A DNA stretch of 64,000 nucleotides from contig CAZWPQ010000002.1 in assembly GCA_964636085.1 (NCBI GenBank), positions 1-64,000 of the forward strand. Reading direction: 5' to 3'. This document shows, piece by piece, positions 9,001-18,162 of this stretch. Source of the DNA: an uncultured Nitrososphaerota archaeon (GTDB lineage Archaea > Asgardarchaeota > Njordarchaeia > Njordarchaeales > Panguiarchaeaceae). The first letter of the stretch is position 1; every line of letters begins with the position of its first letter. The notes beneath the pieces were generated by a model. That model made no database searches. It was given only the letters and a program-made list of their open reading frames with translations, and was not told the origin of the DNA. Both the position numbers and the translations under genes were made by a program.

Positions 9001-11248
9001 GGTAGATTCTATCTCGGGTGTATATCTCGTATATGATAGCAAACAAATAGCTGCAACATATGATGCCAGCAACAATTATTGGTATGTAGATATAGATATG
9101 GGACAGTTCTCAACGGATACGATGATACGGGTTCTAGTGGTTGGAAAGAATGGAGGAACTCTGGTATCCTCAGTGATTATTGAGATTTTGGAGCTACCGC
9201 TATGGATATTGAAGTTGGTTGAGAGCTATACTAGTGGCATTATCAGTATTAGATGGGATTCTCATGAACGGGCCTATGTTGCCCAGACGGATATTATTAG
9301 CCTAATAGAGTTCCTAGAAAAGACAGGGATACTTGAAAAGATTGGTGTGAACTTCACGATTCCTAAGGAAATCCCAGTATTTGGGGAAAAACTTACAATT
9401 TTGAATCTGGGCGTGGTGATAGGGTTTAAACTATACATAACTAAGTACTCGTCGGTGTGGGTGAAGGCTGATCTTCAGGGACAGATATTTGGTAGGTCTA
9501 TATTTGCCTCGCTATATGTGGATGGACTATTTAACGATGAGTTGGAGCTGATCAGGATACTTATAAACGCAGTATTTGGGGTAATGAACATAATCACATT
9601 TACGTATCAACATATAATACCATTTACTGTGGGTGGTGTTCCAGTTACTGTTAGACTCGGAATAACATTTACAGTAAACGCATTTGTTAGTGGCACCGCC
9701 GTTGTGGGTGGGAATTGGACGATAGACTACTTCATGGTGGACTTTAATCCACAGATAATCGCGGGGGCATGGGCCTATGTAGATGTTGCCCTTGGATTGG
9801 CAAGTGTAGGTGTGATAATATCACCAACAATAGATATACATGGTATATACGAATATGCTAGGGATTACGGTAGTTCATGGTCTGTTTCTGCATCGCTAAC
9901 GATACCATATAAGGTGGTGGTATCCCTATTCTTTGGTTCTATTCAAACTACAGTGCTTAGCGGAACATTAGGGCCATGGACATGGAGTACTGGAAGCAAT
10001 AAATTGGATATATTATCGAGTGAGACAGTTATTGGGGAGGATCCATTTGCAAAGGAGGCACTTCTTCAGCAGGCAGACATAGAGTCCGATGGTACACAGA
10101 CAATGGTTGTATGGGTGCATGGTGAGGAATTAGCATATGCGCTCTTCGATGGATATGAGTGGCACTCATACCTATTAACCTATGACGGCTATCCAAAGAG
10201 CAATCCTACACTTGTAAAGATGAATGATAAGTGGATGGTTATATGGACCCAAACCGATGTTGAGGGAGATCTCAACACATTAAGATTATACTATTCAATC
10301 CTTGACGATGAGGGCTGGACTGTACCTGAACCAGTAACAGACGGGGCGTTTCCAGAGGGATATCCCAAGGCAATATATTATGATGGTAGAGTATATCTTG
10401 TGTTCCTAAGGGATCCAGATGGTGATATCTCGACAAGGGATTGGGAGTTATATTACACAGTATATGATGGGGACTCTTGGAGTGAACCTAGATGTATAAG
10501 TAGTGATGGCCCTATAGTCTCCCCAGATATCGGTGTTGTGAATGGCAGGGTAATGGTTACATTTGTCTCGGATACTGATGGTCTATTTAATACTTCGGAA
10601 AATCAGAGGATTTGGCTTTCGGATCTTAGTGGTAATATGATTCCTCTCAGCAGTGATGCTTTTGTTAAAGACCCAGCAATAATTGAATATGATGGAGAAG
10701 CTAAGGTGGCGTGGGTTGAACTAGTCGGAGATGGAGAAGTAACTTATAAACTAGTTGTTGCGAGTGTTGGCGGCTCTGTAGAGGATATAAGTGTTGTAAC
10801 TACGAGTGATAGTATGATCTCTAGGCCTAGATTTGTTGTTGATGAAAATGAGCTTCGTCTCTTCTGGATTACTGGCGAAGGGGGCCCAGATGGGGATGTT
10901 GACAGTGCTGTGTATAGTGGTGGCGAATGGATAAAGGATCTGGAGCAAAGGGATGATAAGGAGATATGGACAATAGATTATGCAGGCGGAGGGAATGTAT
11001 GGTATGGAGTATTTAGCGAGCCCTATACATATGGGGTACATGTTGTTTCGATTGATAGATCATGGTATATTTTTGCGGATTCTCTTCCAACAGAAAAAGA
11101 ACCCGAGAGATATGTTCCTCCAACGATTCAAAAGGCTCCAGTATCAATAGAGACTGTAGTCATAGGAGTGCCGCTAGGTATACTCCTGGGCGCGATCTTG
11201 GCTATAGTGCCTATGGGGAGAAAAAGAAAATTTGTTCTACTACGCTAA
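6026..11248 (+). CDS. Large type I membrane surface protein: beta-propellers (FG-GAP-like), Ig-like domains, amphipathic beta-sheet domain, second propeller, C-terminal TM
   Basis: 1740-aa ORF; signal peptide; GDIDGDGLDE, DLDLNGYID and DLDEDHVDE motifs; W(S/T).P propeller repeats near the C-terminus; TM followed by RKRK. Confidence 0.85.
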   Translation: MRAYTAFVLLLLLTLPLVFLPVEIAPPAREHEQYLPKYEYPFHIKETPTVFEEYRPTVDMRGTDELKTYDEAGDYVLEWTVSPGGKVKSAALAILDTSGSYGYVAIEGDKIKAYQGSNLGNPIWNVTDPKAIALTAGDIDGDGLDEIGVVSSDSLYIIESDGSISPYVWSNSPFPNVIAIRYVPSLRMFVYVSSREVLKWDTKGNTTLYEGMISVAEISDDFVVIGYDNVFKIVYYNNNTVISGEVENEITAISVANNSDVYYIGIGTSEGDIYLFKHTGQSIIELWHTTAGPIVEHISVCWPVNPSGLPYIYAASSGKIYRLYYGFIINTINIGDKVTYFYDTDLDLNGYIDLVVATDGGEIYILSYDLLYEASGRVGEEILFVFDGIINGKDASLLIFKDFEVVWARFTGNGLNVLAKYATGNTFYASVIIYDENIGYQIIAGGEDGYLYWLSTSGTVMSRMYIGGIIRQIYTYGDYIIVNNGSLIIIDDSLGVTNKMNNIEKVLIGEVDGVFSSPDIVMLTLSGEIYVLTELSSSPIQVGEITVTYEDFVLAKCYSNRSYSLIIANTSSSEIHEIDVVNSATVDYSIGSTIVDFSVASGSPDRAVFITDDGYIKALSDGVIESKYVGPSPKPIRVLGADLDEDHVDEILVVFSNSYLVVYSYDLEDTGISTILDGYVYSIYAINIDHDDSDEIIYGSSTDTGYLVMILDNSLSKMYSTMSSGLLYGFGTLDIDDDLSAEMALATSGLTYLNRRTVYIRLLNPSTTYTVGWSPSIYIMWSIHSEDPVSSIDIYLGTKKVVSLSGDVAGFNLTLTDKGNYTVKVEATTAAGIKCYVAFVYYYDPNLEPVPVEVTINTPSDGAEIYGPVIISGVAKGLPNVNVTILIDSGVEIIYPKIQSAGVGKWYWQAQWDPFGYTGTHTITVKAYNYTVLQNGTIDIGDVAVMTISVDIIAPQVYIWAKYDGNPDPEIIGTFLPNITVVNRIYVRVMWPVDSISGVYLVYDSKQIAATYDASNNYWYVDIDMGQFSTDTMIRVLVVGKNGGTLVSSVIIEILELPLWILKLVESYTSGIISIRWDSHERAYVAQTDIISLIEFLEKTGILEKIGVNFTIPKEIPVFGEKLTILNLGVVIGFKLYITKYSSVWVKADLQGQIFGRSIFASLYVDGLFNDELELIRILINAVFGVMNIITFTYQHIIPFTVGGVPVTVRLGITFTVNAFVSGTAVVGGNWTIDYFMVDFNPQIIAGAWAYVDVALGLASVGVIISPTIDIHGIYEYARDYGSSWSVSASLTIPYKVVVSLFFGSIQTTVLSGTLGPWTWSTGSNKLDILSSETVIGEDPFAKEALLQQADIESDGTQTMVVWVHGEELAYALFDGYEWHSYLLTYDGYPKSNPTLVKMNDKWMVIWTQTDVEGDLNTLRLYYSILDDEGWTVPEPVTDGAFPEGYPKAIYYDGRVYLVFLRDPDGDISTRDWELYYTVYDGDSWSEPRCISSDGPIVSPDIGVVNGRVMVTFVSDTDGLFNTSENQRIWLSDLSGNMIPLSSDAFVKDPAIIEYDGEAKVAWVELVGDGEVTYKLVVASVGGSVEDISVVTTSDSMISRPRFVVDENELRLFWITGEGGPDGDVDSAVYSGGEWIKDLEQRDDKEIWTIDYAGGGNVWYGVFSEPYTYGVHVVSIDRSWYIFADSLPTEKEPERYVPPTIQKAPVSIETVVIGVPLGILLGAILAIVPMGRKRKFVLLR

Positions 11249-11260
11249 TTTCTCTTTTTT
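11249..11260 (+). terminator. Oligo-T terminator
   Basis: tttctctttttt directly after the stop codon. Confidence 0.45.
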
Positions 11261-11394
11261 ATTTATTTATTATTCTTCTAAAGCCCAAGTATTTGCAGAT
11301 CAACTATATTTGTGAGCCAGTTTGGGTAGGGATTTTGTCTCGATTATATTTATGTCTTCTTATTTAGTATTTGGTTTTTTTCTTAGTGGTTTAA

Positions 11395-12312
11395 ATGCTT
11401 GATCTTGAACTCGAATATCGACATATAAGGCGTGTCAGCAAGATTTTTGAGAGGATGGAGCTAAGGAGAGATAAATATGAGGATCCAAGATATTTCCCTC
11501 CTCCTGATTGTGACGTTGAATTACAGTTGGCCTACTATACTGTTATGGTCGGCATAGACCACAGGACTAGTTCTCCCTTCGGCCAGTTCGAGGGATATGT
11601 AGATGGGGAGTTTTTCCATGGGGCAGACCTACTGTATCGTTTGGGAATGAAGATATTTGAGGAGGAACCAGAATTCTTTCTCGCCGAAAATCTTGCCAGA
11701 CTCGCTAGTGAGAGGGCCATGAGGTTGATAAGCTTTAACGGAAAACCGCTTTGGGATTATCATGTAAGGACACTACTCATAAGGGATATAGGGATAAAAG
11801 TAATGGAGTATTATGATGGTAGTTTTCGAAGGCTACTCAACATCAACACCATAGCAGAAATGATAGAAAGATTATCCATTATGAGGGCATATGAGGATCC
11901 AGTCCACAAGAAAATCTATCTACTGGCAAAATTCCTGGATGGTCGTGGATTATTAAGATTTAGGGATCCCGAGAATTTTCATGTCCCCGTCGACAATCAT
12001 CTGGCTAGAATAGCCATCCGGCTGGGGATAGTCATGCTATCAGACTATGAACCCATAATAAAACGCATAGAAGTAACAAGAGATGAAGACATAACGATTC
12101 GAACCAAAATAATGACTGCCTGGAAGGAGGTATCCAAAATATCTGGCTACGACCCATTCACACTGGATGATTTCCTCTGGAGCTTCGGCAGAAAGATATG
12201 TACTAGGGACAATCCAAAATGCCAAAATTGCCCCCTCAATCAGGTATGCATAGCAAGAGAAAATAGGACATACTGGCCAGAGCACAGGCACACATTAACA
12301 TGGTACTACTAG
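11395..12312 (+). CDS. HhH-GPD superfamily glycosylase-like protein (Qng1/DUF2419-related) with C-terminal EndoIII-type [4Fe-4S] motif
   Basis: DPVHKKIYLL, VPVDNHLARIAIRLG, ED..IR and LDDFLW motifs; C-x6-C-x2-C-x5-C (CTRDNPKCQNCPLNQVC). Confidence 0.7.
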   Translation: MLDLELEYRHIRRVSKIFERMELRRDKYEDPRYFPPPDCDVELQLAYYTVMVGIDHRTSSPFGQFEGYVDGEFFHGADLLYRLGMKIFEEEPEFFLAENLARLASERAMRLISFNGKPLWDYHVRTLLIRDIGIKVMEYYDGSFRRLLNINTIAEMIERLSIMRAYEDPVHKKIYLLAKFLDGRGLLRFRDPENFHVPVDNHLARIAIRLGIVMLSDYEPIIKRIEVTRDEDITIRTKIMTAWKEVSKISGYDPFTLDDFLWSFGRKICTRDNPKCQNCPLNQVCIARENRTYWPEHRHTLTWYY

Positions 12313-12601
12313 TCAAAATCATTAAACACTCTAAGAGGAGAACCTTGAAATAAGGACAGCATATAGTGGCCTCTACACTGTTGTTTCTATGGCTATGAAC
12401 CACATAAAAATAATAATAATAATGATTCGTATTCTAGGGCTGTAGTCAATATTAGCTTCTCTTTCCATAGGGCACAATACTTCACAGGTTATGGTTGCTA
12501 TTTTTGGTTCCGGAGATCTCTATAAATCGCTGAGTCAGGAAAAGAAGTCCAAGCGTGCTGATTTTTTATTATTGATTTTTGCATATTTTTTGGTGTCTTG
12601 G

Positions 12602-12880
12602 ATGTATACCATAATTGTGTTTTATAGATTTAAAGAACTAACACCTGAGCAAGAGGAAAAAGTTAGGGCAGAGTGGGAGCAACTTAAAAAGGGGTTTGAA
12701 AAATTTGGGGTGAGATTGGTAAGTAATAATGCCCATGCCTTCGGCACGGACTGGAATGGTTTCGTAATTTTCGAGGCAGATGATTTCGAGAAGTATGTCA
12801 AATTCTGGAAGTGGTTCAAGGACAGGGTCAGGTGGTATATTATTAAAACAATGACAGTAATCGGTGTAAAAAAACCATAG
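12602..12880 (+). CDS. Small dimeric alpha/beta-barrel-like (GYD-like) protein
   Basis: ATG 12602 after GGTG; 92 aa with a ferredoxin-like beta-alpha-beta pattern (GVRLV...FG.DW.GFVIFEADD). Confidence 0.6.
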   Translation: MYTIIVFYRFKELTPEQEEKVRAEWEQLKKGFEKFGVRLVSNNAHAFGTDWNGFVIFEADDFEKYVKFWKWFKDRVRWYIIKTMTVIGVKKP

Positions 12881-13233
12881 TACCCTAATAGGTACCTAAG
12901 TTCCCCCTGTATAAAGATGCCCCATCTTGTACCCAAGATTTAGAGATGTGTCTCTAGGGAAAACATATCTGCCTATCTTTAAATTTTTTGTTTGGTTTGG
13001 AGTCTATATTCATAATACTACGTCTGTAGACACAATTTTTGATTTGTTAGATGGATGTCAACGCTGTTTAGATTTATGTTTTTTATCAAAGATAACAATT
13101 TTTTTATGGAATTTAGCAATATTTATTGGCTGGAAAGATAAGCGACAAAATGTATATTCTTTGTATTTCTATTCCTAAATGGATAGTGGTATTGTCGCTT
13201 TAAAATTAGATTATTAAAGTTATTAATGGGTGA

Positions 13234-13926
13234 ATGGCGATTCATGTGGCGATTGTTGAGATTTTTGATCTTACAAAAACATATGGGAATGGTGTGGAGA
13301 CCGTAGTATTTGAGGATATGGATCTCTCAATTCCAAGCTCGAAGGTTGTAGGTCTTTTTGCGCCATCTGGACTTGGTAAGAGTACATTGATATTTTTGAT
13401 TGCTGGCTTAGAGAGGCCCGATAAGGGAAGGATTATTGTCGCGGGAAAGGAGATAACTAGGATGAGTGAGAAGGAACTTGCATTATTTAGAAGGCATAAT
13501 GTGGGTATTGTGTTTCAATTCTTCAATCTGATCCCTACATTGACCGCCATAGAGAATGTTATGTTGCCAATGAGACTGATAGGTATGCCCTATGATGAGG
13601 CTGGTGAAAGAGCGAAGGAATTACTTAGAAAGGTAGGTCTAGAAGAAGAGCATTATGTAAAATTCCCTGACCAACTGAGCGGTGGCCAGCAGCAGAGAGT
13701 AGCTATTGCACGTGCTCTAGCCAATAATCCTAGTATTATTCTTGCGGATGAACCAACTGGAAATTTGGATGAGGATAATGCTATTAGAATTTTTAAGCTC
13801 TTTAGGGATCTAAACAGGGCTATGGGTGTGTCCATACTTATTGCTACTCATGATGTTGAGCATGCAAAGAATTATGTGGATATATCCCTGACTATAAGGA
13901 ACAGGAAAGTTGTTGTGGTGCAGTAA
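13234..13926 (+). CDS. ABC transporter ATP-binding protein, LolD/MacB family
   Basis: Walker A variant [49 protein letters not shown]. Confidence 0.95.
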   Translation: MAIHVAIVEIFDLTKTYGNGVETVVFEDMDLSIPSSKVVGLFAPSGLGKSTLIFLIAGLERPDKGRIIVAGKEITRMSEKELALFRRHNVGIVFQFFNLIPTLTAIENVMLPMRLIGMPYDEAGERAKELLRKVGLEEEHYVKFPDQLSGGQQQRVAIARALANNPSIILADEPTGNLDEDNAIRIFKLFRDLNRAMGVSILIATHDVEHAKNYVDISLTIRNRKVVVVQ

Positions 13927-16279
13927 TGTGTTTGTTTGGAGAGAGATCAAAAGACTAAGATGGAGATCACTCATAATAGTGATCCTTCTTGCATTCTCGA
14001 TGGCTTTTATATCCATAATAGGGAACATGGCTAAAGGCGAGATGCTAACATTAAAGAATATAAATGAGAAGTATTCAGTGGCTGATGTAACAATTTATCT
14101 CAATGATTCATATGGCGTGGGGGATATAGAGTCTAGCGGTATAACTCAAGAGGATTGGCTTGAGAAGATAGAGTATGTGCTCTCGATCTGGGGGAACGCA
14201 TATGTCTCTGGCGAGAAGACACGTATAGCGCTCTGGGGCGTAAAAGACCGGCCGAAAATAAACACGATAAACGCGCCGGAAGAGGTTTGGCATAATTTCC
14301 ACGGGAATGTCGGGGTCATGGATAAAAATCTGGCCGAGACCCTTGGCTTATCGGCAAATGACATAGTATCCATATTTATTGGCAACAAAATAGTTAATGT
14401 TACAATATTGGCGCTTGTCGATATGGCATGGTCAATCTCATTTACGAGGCCAATGACAATATATATTGCTATTCCTCTCGAATTTGCGATGAATATCCTT
14501 GAACTAGACTCTGAAGAATATAACACCATACTTATGGATGTGAAGCCGGGATATGACCTAGAGAATGTGACAAATAGGACTCTGGAATTGCTAGAGGCAA
14601 AAAATATTTCGGTCTCAACATATACAATAGTGAATATCCAGGCCCTAGAGGAATATGTGGAGCGATTTTCCCTGATATTTAGCCTACTGATGGCGCCTCT
14701 ATCAATAATCGCTGCCGTGTTCATAATTATCATATTTATGTTGAAAATTTCCAATGAGGCACGTATAATAGGTGTAAAACGTGCGTTGGGATATACACCG
14801 AGACAGATTTTTGTTGAGATAATGGTTATTGGGATGGCTCTATATATATTATCTCTCCCCGTAGGGTTCCTTTTGGATGTTGGCATGACTTATGCTGTGG
14901 CTGGTTATGTCTATAGCAAGTATTCTGGTATATCAAAGCTAATTGTTATTGTTATTGACCTAGAAGTATTTTTTAGATCCGCTATTATATGTCTATTTGC
15001 AACAATCATAGCTATATACCTCCCGGCAAGGAAGGCCAGTAGAATGAATATTTCGGATGTGATTAGATATGGTATGGAGAAACCTAGGGCCCAATATGGG
15101 AAGGGTCGGGTATATAAGAGACTGTTTATTGGCTATGCTATTAGACATTTAAAGTCGAGAAAAATGAGGAGTATGGCTATTGTACTGGCATTTATTATTG
15201 GATTTGGCATGGCTACAGCAATCATAAATTTTATGGTGTCCCTAAACAAGGAAGGCATGGTCGCAGAAAAATTCTATAAGGCGGATATCATGATAAGCTT
15301 TAACAAGCCCAGGGATAGGGCTTCGATCATGGAAAATATAAGTAGAATTCAAGGTGTTGAGGATGTCGAGGCTATACATTTTATGTATATTGAACAAAAA
15401 AATTTTGAGTTAAATGGACGAAAGAATGGCGAACTATTCGATGTTTCTATACCAATCACAGTAATATTTTGCGAGCCAAAGACAGATCTAATAGATCCAT
15501 TGTTGATCCGTGGGGGTCTCCCTAATAATGCTGACGAGGCCTTCATAAGCTATAGGTTGGCTTTAGTTTATGATGTTGATGTAAATGACATTATTAGCAT
15601 AAAGGATATGGATACTGGAGTTGTGTTGAGGCTTAAAATAACTGGTATAGGCATCACACAGAGATCTGGAGGAAAGACAATAATAGCAATGATAGACATG
15701 GCATATCGACTAGATCTATTACCAAATGGGACAGTAAAAACTCTCCTTATAAAAACCAGCAATGATGTAGAGCCAGAATACATAGCGAAAAAATTGATTG
15801 AATATTTTGGGGATGAAGTTGCTGAGGTCGACATTTTATCATATGGAACAGGGATCGGTGAGATGGTTCAATCTATCCAAGCCTTTTCGATATCCACACT
15901 ATTTGTGATATTAATCATAGTATTTTCAATATATGTTGTTGTGAGCGTTATATCTATTCTAGAGAGAAAATATGAGATCTCTACACTGAAAAGTGTGGGA
16001 ATGACAAACAACGATGTCCTCAAAATCATAGTGCTAGAGAGGACATTACTTTATTTAGTCGCGATCGCCCCTATAGTCATGCTTTCCATAATTCTGTCGC
16101 AGGTGTTATCTGAATATTTCACCTTAGCGAGTAGTATAGAGATATATGTATTTATTGACATGTACTATCTTATAACTACCCTCATGTCCCCCCTAATAGC
16201 GATATATCTTGGTCTGTTCCCTTCCTACTTAATGATAAGAAGAATAAGTCCATCACGTGTATTCCGAGGAGTACTGTAA
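13910..16279 (+). CDS. ABC transporter permease, duplicated MacB/FtsX (type VII) family
   Basis: Two TM + ectodomain + 3TM halves; IGVKRALGYT and ERKYEISTLKSVGMT FtsX motifs; overlaps the ATPase stop. Confidence 0.9.
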   Translation: MLWCSNVFVWREIKRLRWRSLIIVILLAFSMAFISIIGNMAKGEMLTLKNINEKYSVADVTIYLNDSYGVGDIESSGITQEDWLEKIEYVLSIWGNAYVSGEKTRIALWGVKDRPKINTINAPEEVWHNFHGNVGVMDKNLAETLGLSANDIVSIFIGNKIVNVTILALVDMAWSISFTRPMTIYIAIPLEFAMNILELDSEEYNTILMDVKPGYDLENVTNRTLELLEAKNISVSTYTIVNIQALEEYVERFSLIFSLLMAPLSIIAAVFIIIIFMLKISNEARIIGVKRALGYTPRQIFVEIMVIGMALYILSLPVGFLLDVGMTYAVAGYVYSKYSGISKLIVIVIDLEVFFRSAIICLFATIIAIYLPARKASRMNISDVIRYGMEKPRAQYGKGRVYKRLFIGYAIRHLKSRKMRSMAIVLAFIIGFGMATAIINFMVSLNKEGMVAEKFYKADIMISFNKPRDRASIMENISRIQGVEDVEAIHFMYIEQKNFELNGRKNGELFDVSIPITVIFCEPKTDLIDPLLIRGGLPNNADEAFISYRLALVYDVDVNDIISIKDMDTGVVLRLKITGIGITQRSGGKTIIAMIDMAYRLDLLPNGTVKTLLIKTSNDVEPEYIAKKLIEYFGDEVAEVDILSYGTGIGEMVQSIQAFSISTLFVILIIVFSIYVVVSVISILERKYEISTLKSVGMTNNDVLKIIVLERTLLYLVAIAPIVMLSIILSQVLSEYFTLASSIEIYVFIDMYYLITTLMSPLIAIYLGLFPSYLMIRRISPSRVFRGVL

Positions 16280-16286
16280 TGGAGAC

Positions 16287-17933
16287 TTAGGGCCATATGA
16301 CATCCACATTTAATTCTTTCAACTCATTTACCTGTTCCTTTCTGACTCTTGTGCAGCGTCTTAAGTCTATATAAACAAGGCTACCCTCTCTTGCGAGCCT
16401 AATCGCGGGAGATAGATCCACAATATTTGTGCCCGACAGTATGAGTTCTTTAAGTCGCATCAGACCACCGAGAGGCTCAATGCTCTCTACAGGAGTGTTT
16501 GTTAGGTTAAGTTCTTCGAGCTTATGCAGTTTACTAAGTGGTAAGATATCTCTGACGTTAGTGTTCCATAGGCTTAGTTTTCTTAGATTCCTCAGGCTGG
16601 ATAGTGGTGATATATCTGTTACAAGTGTACCGGCGAGAGAAAGGACTCTGAGCTCCCTTAGGTTAGATAGGGGAGAGACATCAGATATATTTGTGTCGTA
16701 TAGATAGAGTTCCTGTAGGTTCTCTAGGTATTGTAAGAATGACAAATCATCTATGTTGCTGTTGCTGAGATTAAGTATCCTCAATTGTTTGAGTGGTGCT
16801 ATGTTAGAGGCGTTGGATATATAGTTTTTGCTGGAGTATAGCTCCTCAAGATTGCTGAGCCATTGTATCTTGCTAAAGTCCACATGGCCTATATGGTTTA
16901 TGTGTAGAATACGGAGACCACTGAGTGCTGTTATGGGGGATAGATCCGTGATTTGAGTCGAGTCTAGATAAAGTACCCTTAATTTTTTCAAATATTTTAA
17001 TGGTGTGAAGTCCATTATGTTTGTTCTCCCAATATTTAATTCTTCGAGATTATCCAGAAATGTGATGGGTCTAAGATCGATAACGGCGGTGCCATCTATA
17101 TGGAGGGATACGATTTCCTTAGATTCTTTGAGTAGATCGAGATCTGAGAAGGCGGTATTGCTTAGGTATAGATGCCTTAGTTTGGTCAAATATTTAAGTA
17201 TTGAGAAGTCAGTGATTTTTGTGTTATCCGCATATAGGGTCCTTAGATTCAATGCACGGCCTATGGGTTTTATGTCGTTTATGGGGGTGGTTCCTATGTC
17301 CAGTACTTTTAACTTGTGGTTGTTTATTAATGGTAGTAGCCTTGTAACTTTTGTCCCACGCATATATAACTCCTTAAGCACTGTATTCTCTTCTAATGGC
17401 GAAATGTCTGAAATCTCGGTATTGCTTATGTCCAGTTTCTCCAGTTTCCATAGGCTTATTAGTGGTTCCAGGTCACTAACTTTTGTATTGTTTAGGTAGA
17501 GCTCTACTATGTTTGTTATATCGGATAGAGGCCCTATATCTGTTATTCTTGTGTAGCTAATATCCAGGATCCTAAGACTATCAAGTCCTATGAGTAGTTC
17601 GAGATCAGAGTTTGAAACATTAGTACCGGATAATATGAGTACCTCAAGAAACTCTATGTCGGCTATAGCTCCAAAGGATAGGAATTTTTTACAACCAGTT
17701 ATATCCAGAAATCTTAGCTTTCTAAACTTCTTAACGAGCTCAAGATCCAATATCTGGACACCATGGAGATGAAGCTCAACTATATGTGATTGCTGGACGA
17801 CATAATAGGGCGTTGTATTAGTCATCTCAGACAATTTTTGGAGGGCTCTTCTTTCCTCGTCAATAGGGACATCCCTAAAGACTTTCTTTCCTCTTGGCCT
17901 GATTTCTGGCGGTATTAGATCCATCAAAATCAC
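16287..17933 (-). CDS. Cytoplasmic leucine-rich repeat protein (internalin/SDS22-like 22-aa repeats)
   Basis: About 20 repeats of LxxLxLxxTxIxDIxPLxxLxxL; no signal peptide or TM. Confidence 0.9.
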   Translation of the reverse strand: MILMDLIPPEIRPRGKKVFRDVPIDEERRALQKLSEMTNTTPYYVVQQSHIVELHLHGVQILDLELVKKFRKLRFLDITGCKKFLSFGAIADIEFLEVLILSGTNVSNSDLELLIGLDSLRILDISYTRITDIGPLSDITNIVELYLNNTKVSDLEPLISLWKLEKLDISNTEISDISPLEENTVLKELYMRGTKVTRLLPLINNHKLKVLDIGTTPINDIKPIGRALNLRTLYADNTKITDFSILKYLTKLRHLYLSNTAFSDLDLLKESKEIVSLHIDGTAVIDLRPITFLDNLEELNIGRTNIMDFTPLKYLKKLRVLYLDSTQITDLSPITALSGLRILHINHIGHVDFSKIQWLSNLEELYSSKNYISNASNIAPLKQLRILNLSNSNIDDLSFLQYLENLQELYLYDTNISDVSPLSNLRELRVLSLAGTLVTDISPLSSLRNLRKLSLWNTNVRDILPLSKLHKLEELNLTNTPVESIEPLGGLMRLKELILSGTNIVDLSPAIRLAREGSLVYIDLRRCTRVRKEQVNELKELNVDVIWP

Positions 17934-18162
17934 TTGAAGACCCTAATACTAAAAACTATATGAAATAAATCTAGACAATATAGACAAACCATTATATAAT
18001 ATATAATTAAAGTCTCTGATTCATACGATCGCTGTTTTGCCCTGTTGAGTAATCAAAAAAGCGTATCTGTTTTTAATTACTAAAACATCGTTGCCACCTG
18101 CATTTTGTGGTTATAAATTGTATTTCCATAATTATTCTAATAGGACATTGTCGAAATTTACT

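Noticed and set aside
13140-13200. Inverted repeat AAGCGACAA / TTGTCGCTT upstream of the ABC transporter
   Set aside because: Only 9 bp with a 43-bp spacer; compatible with chance.
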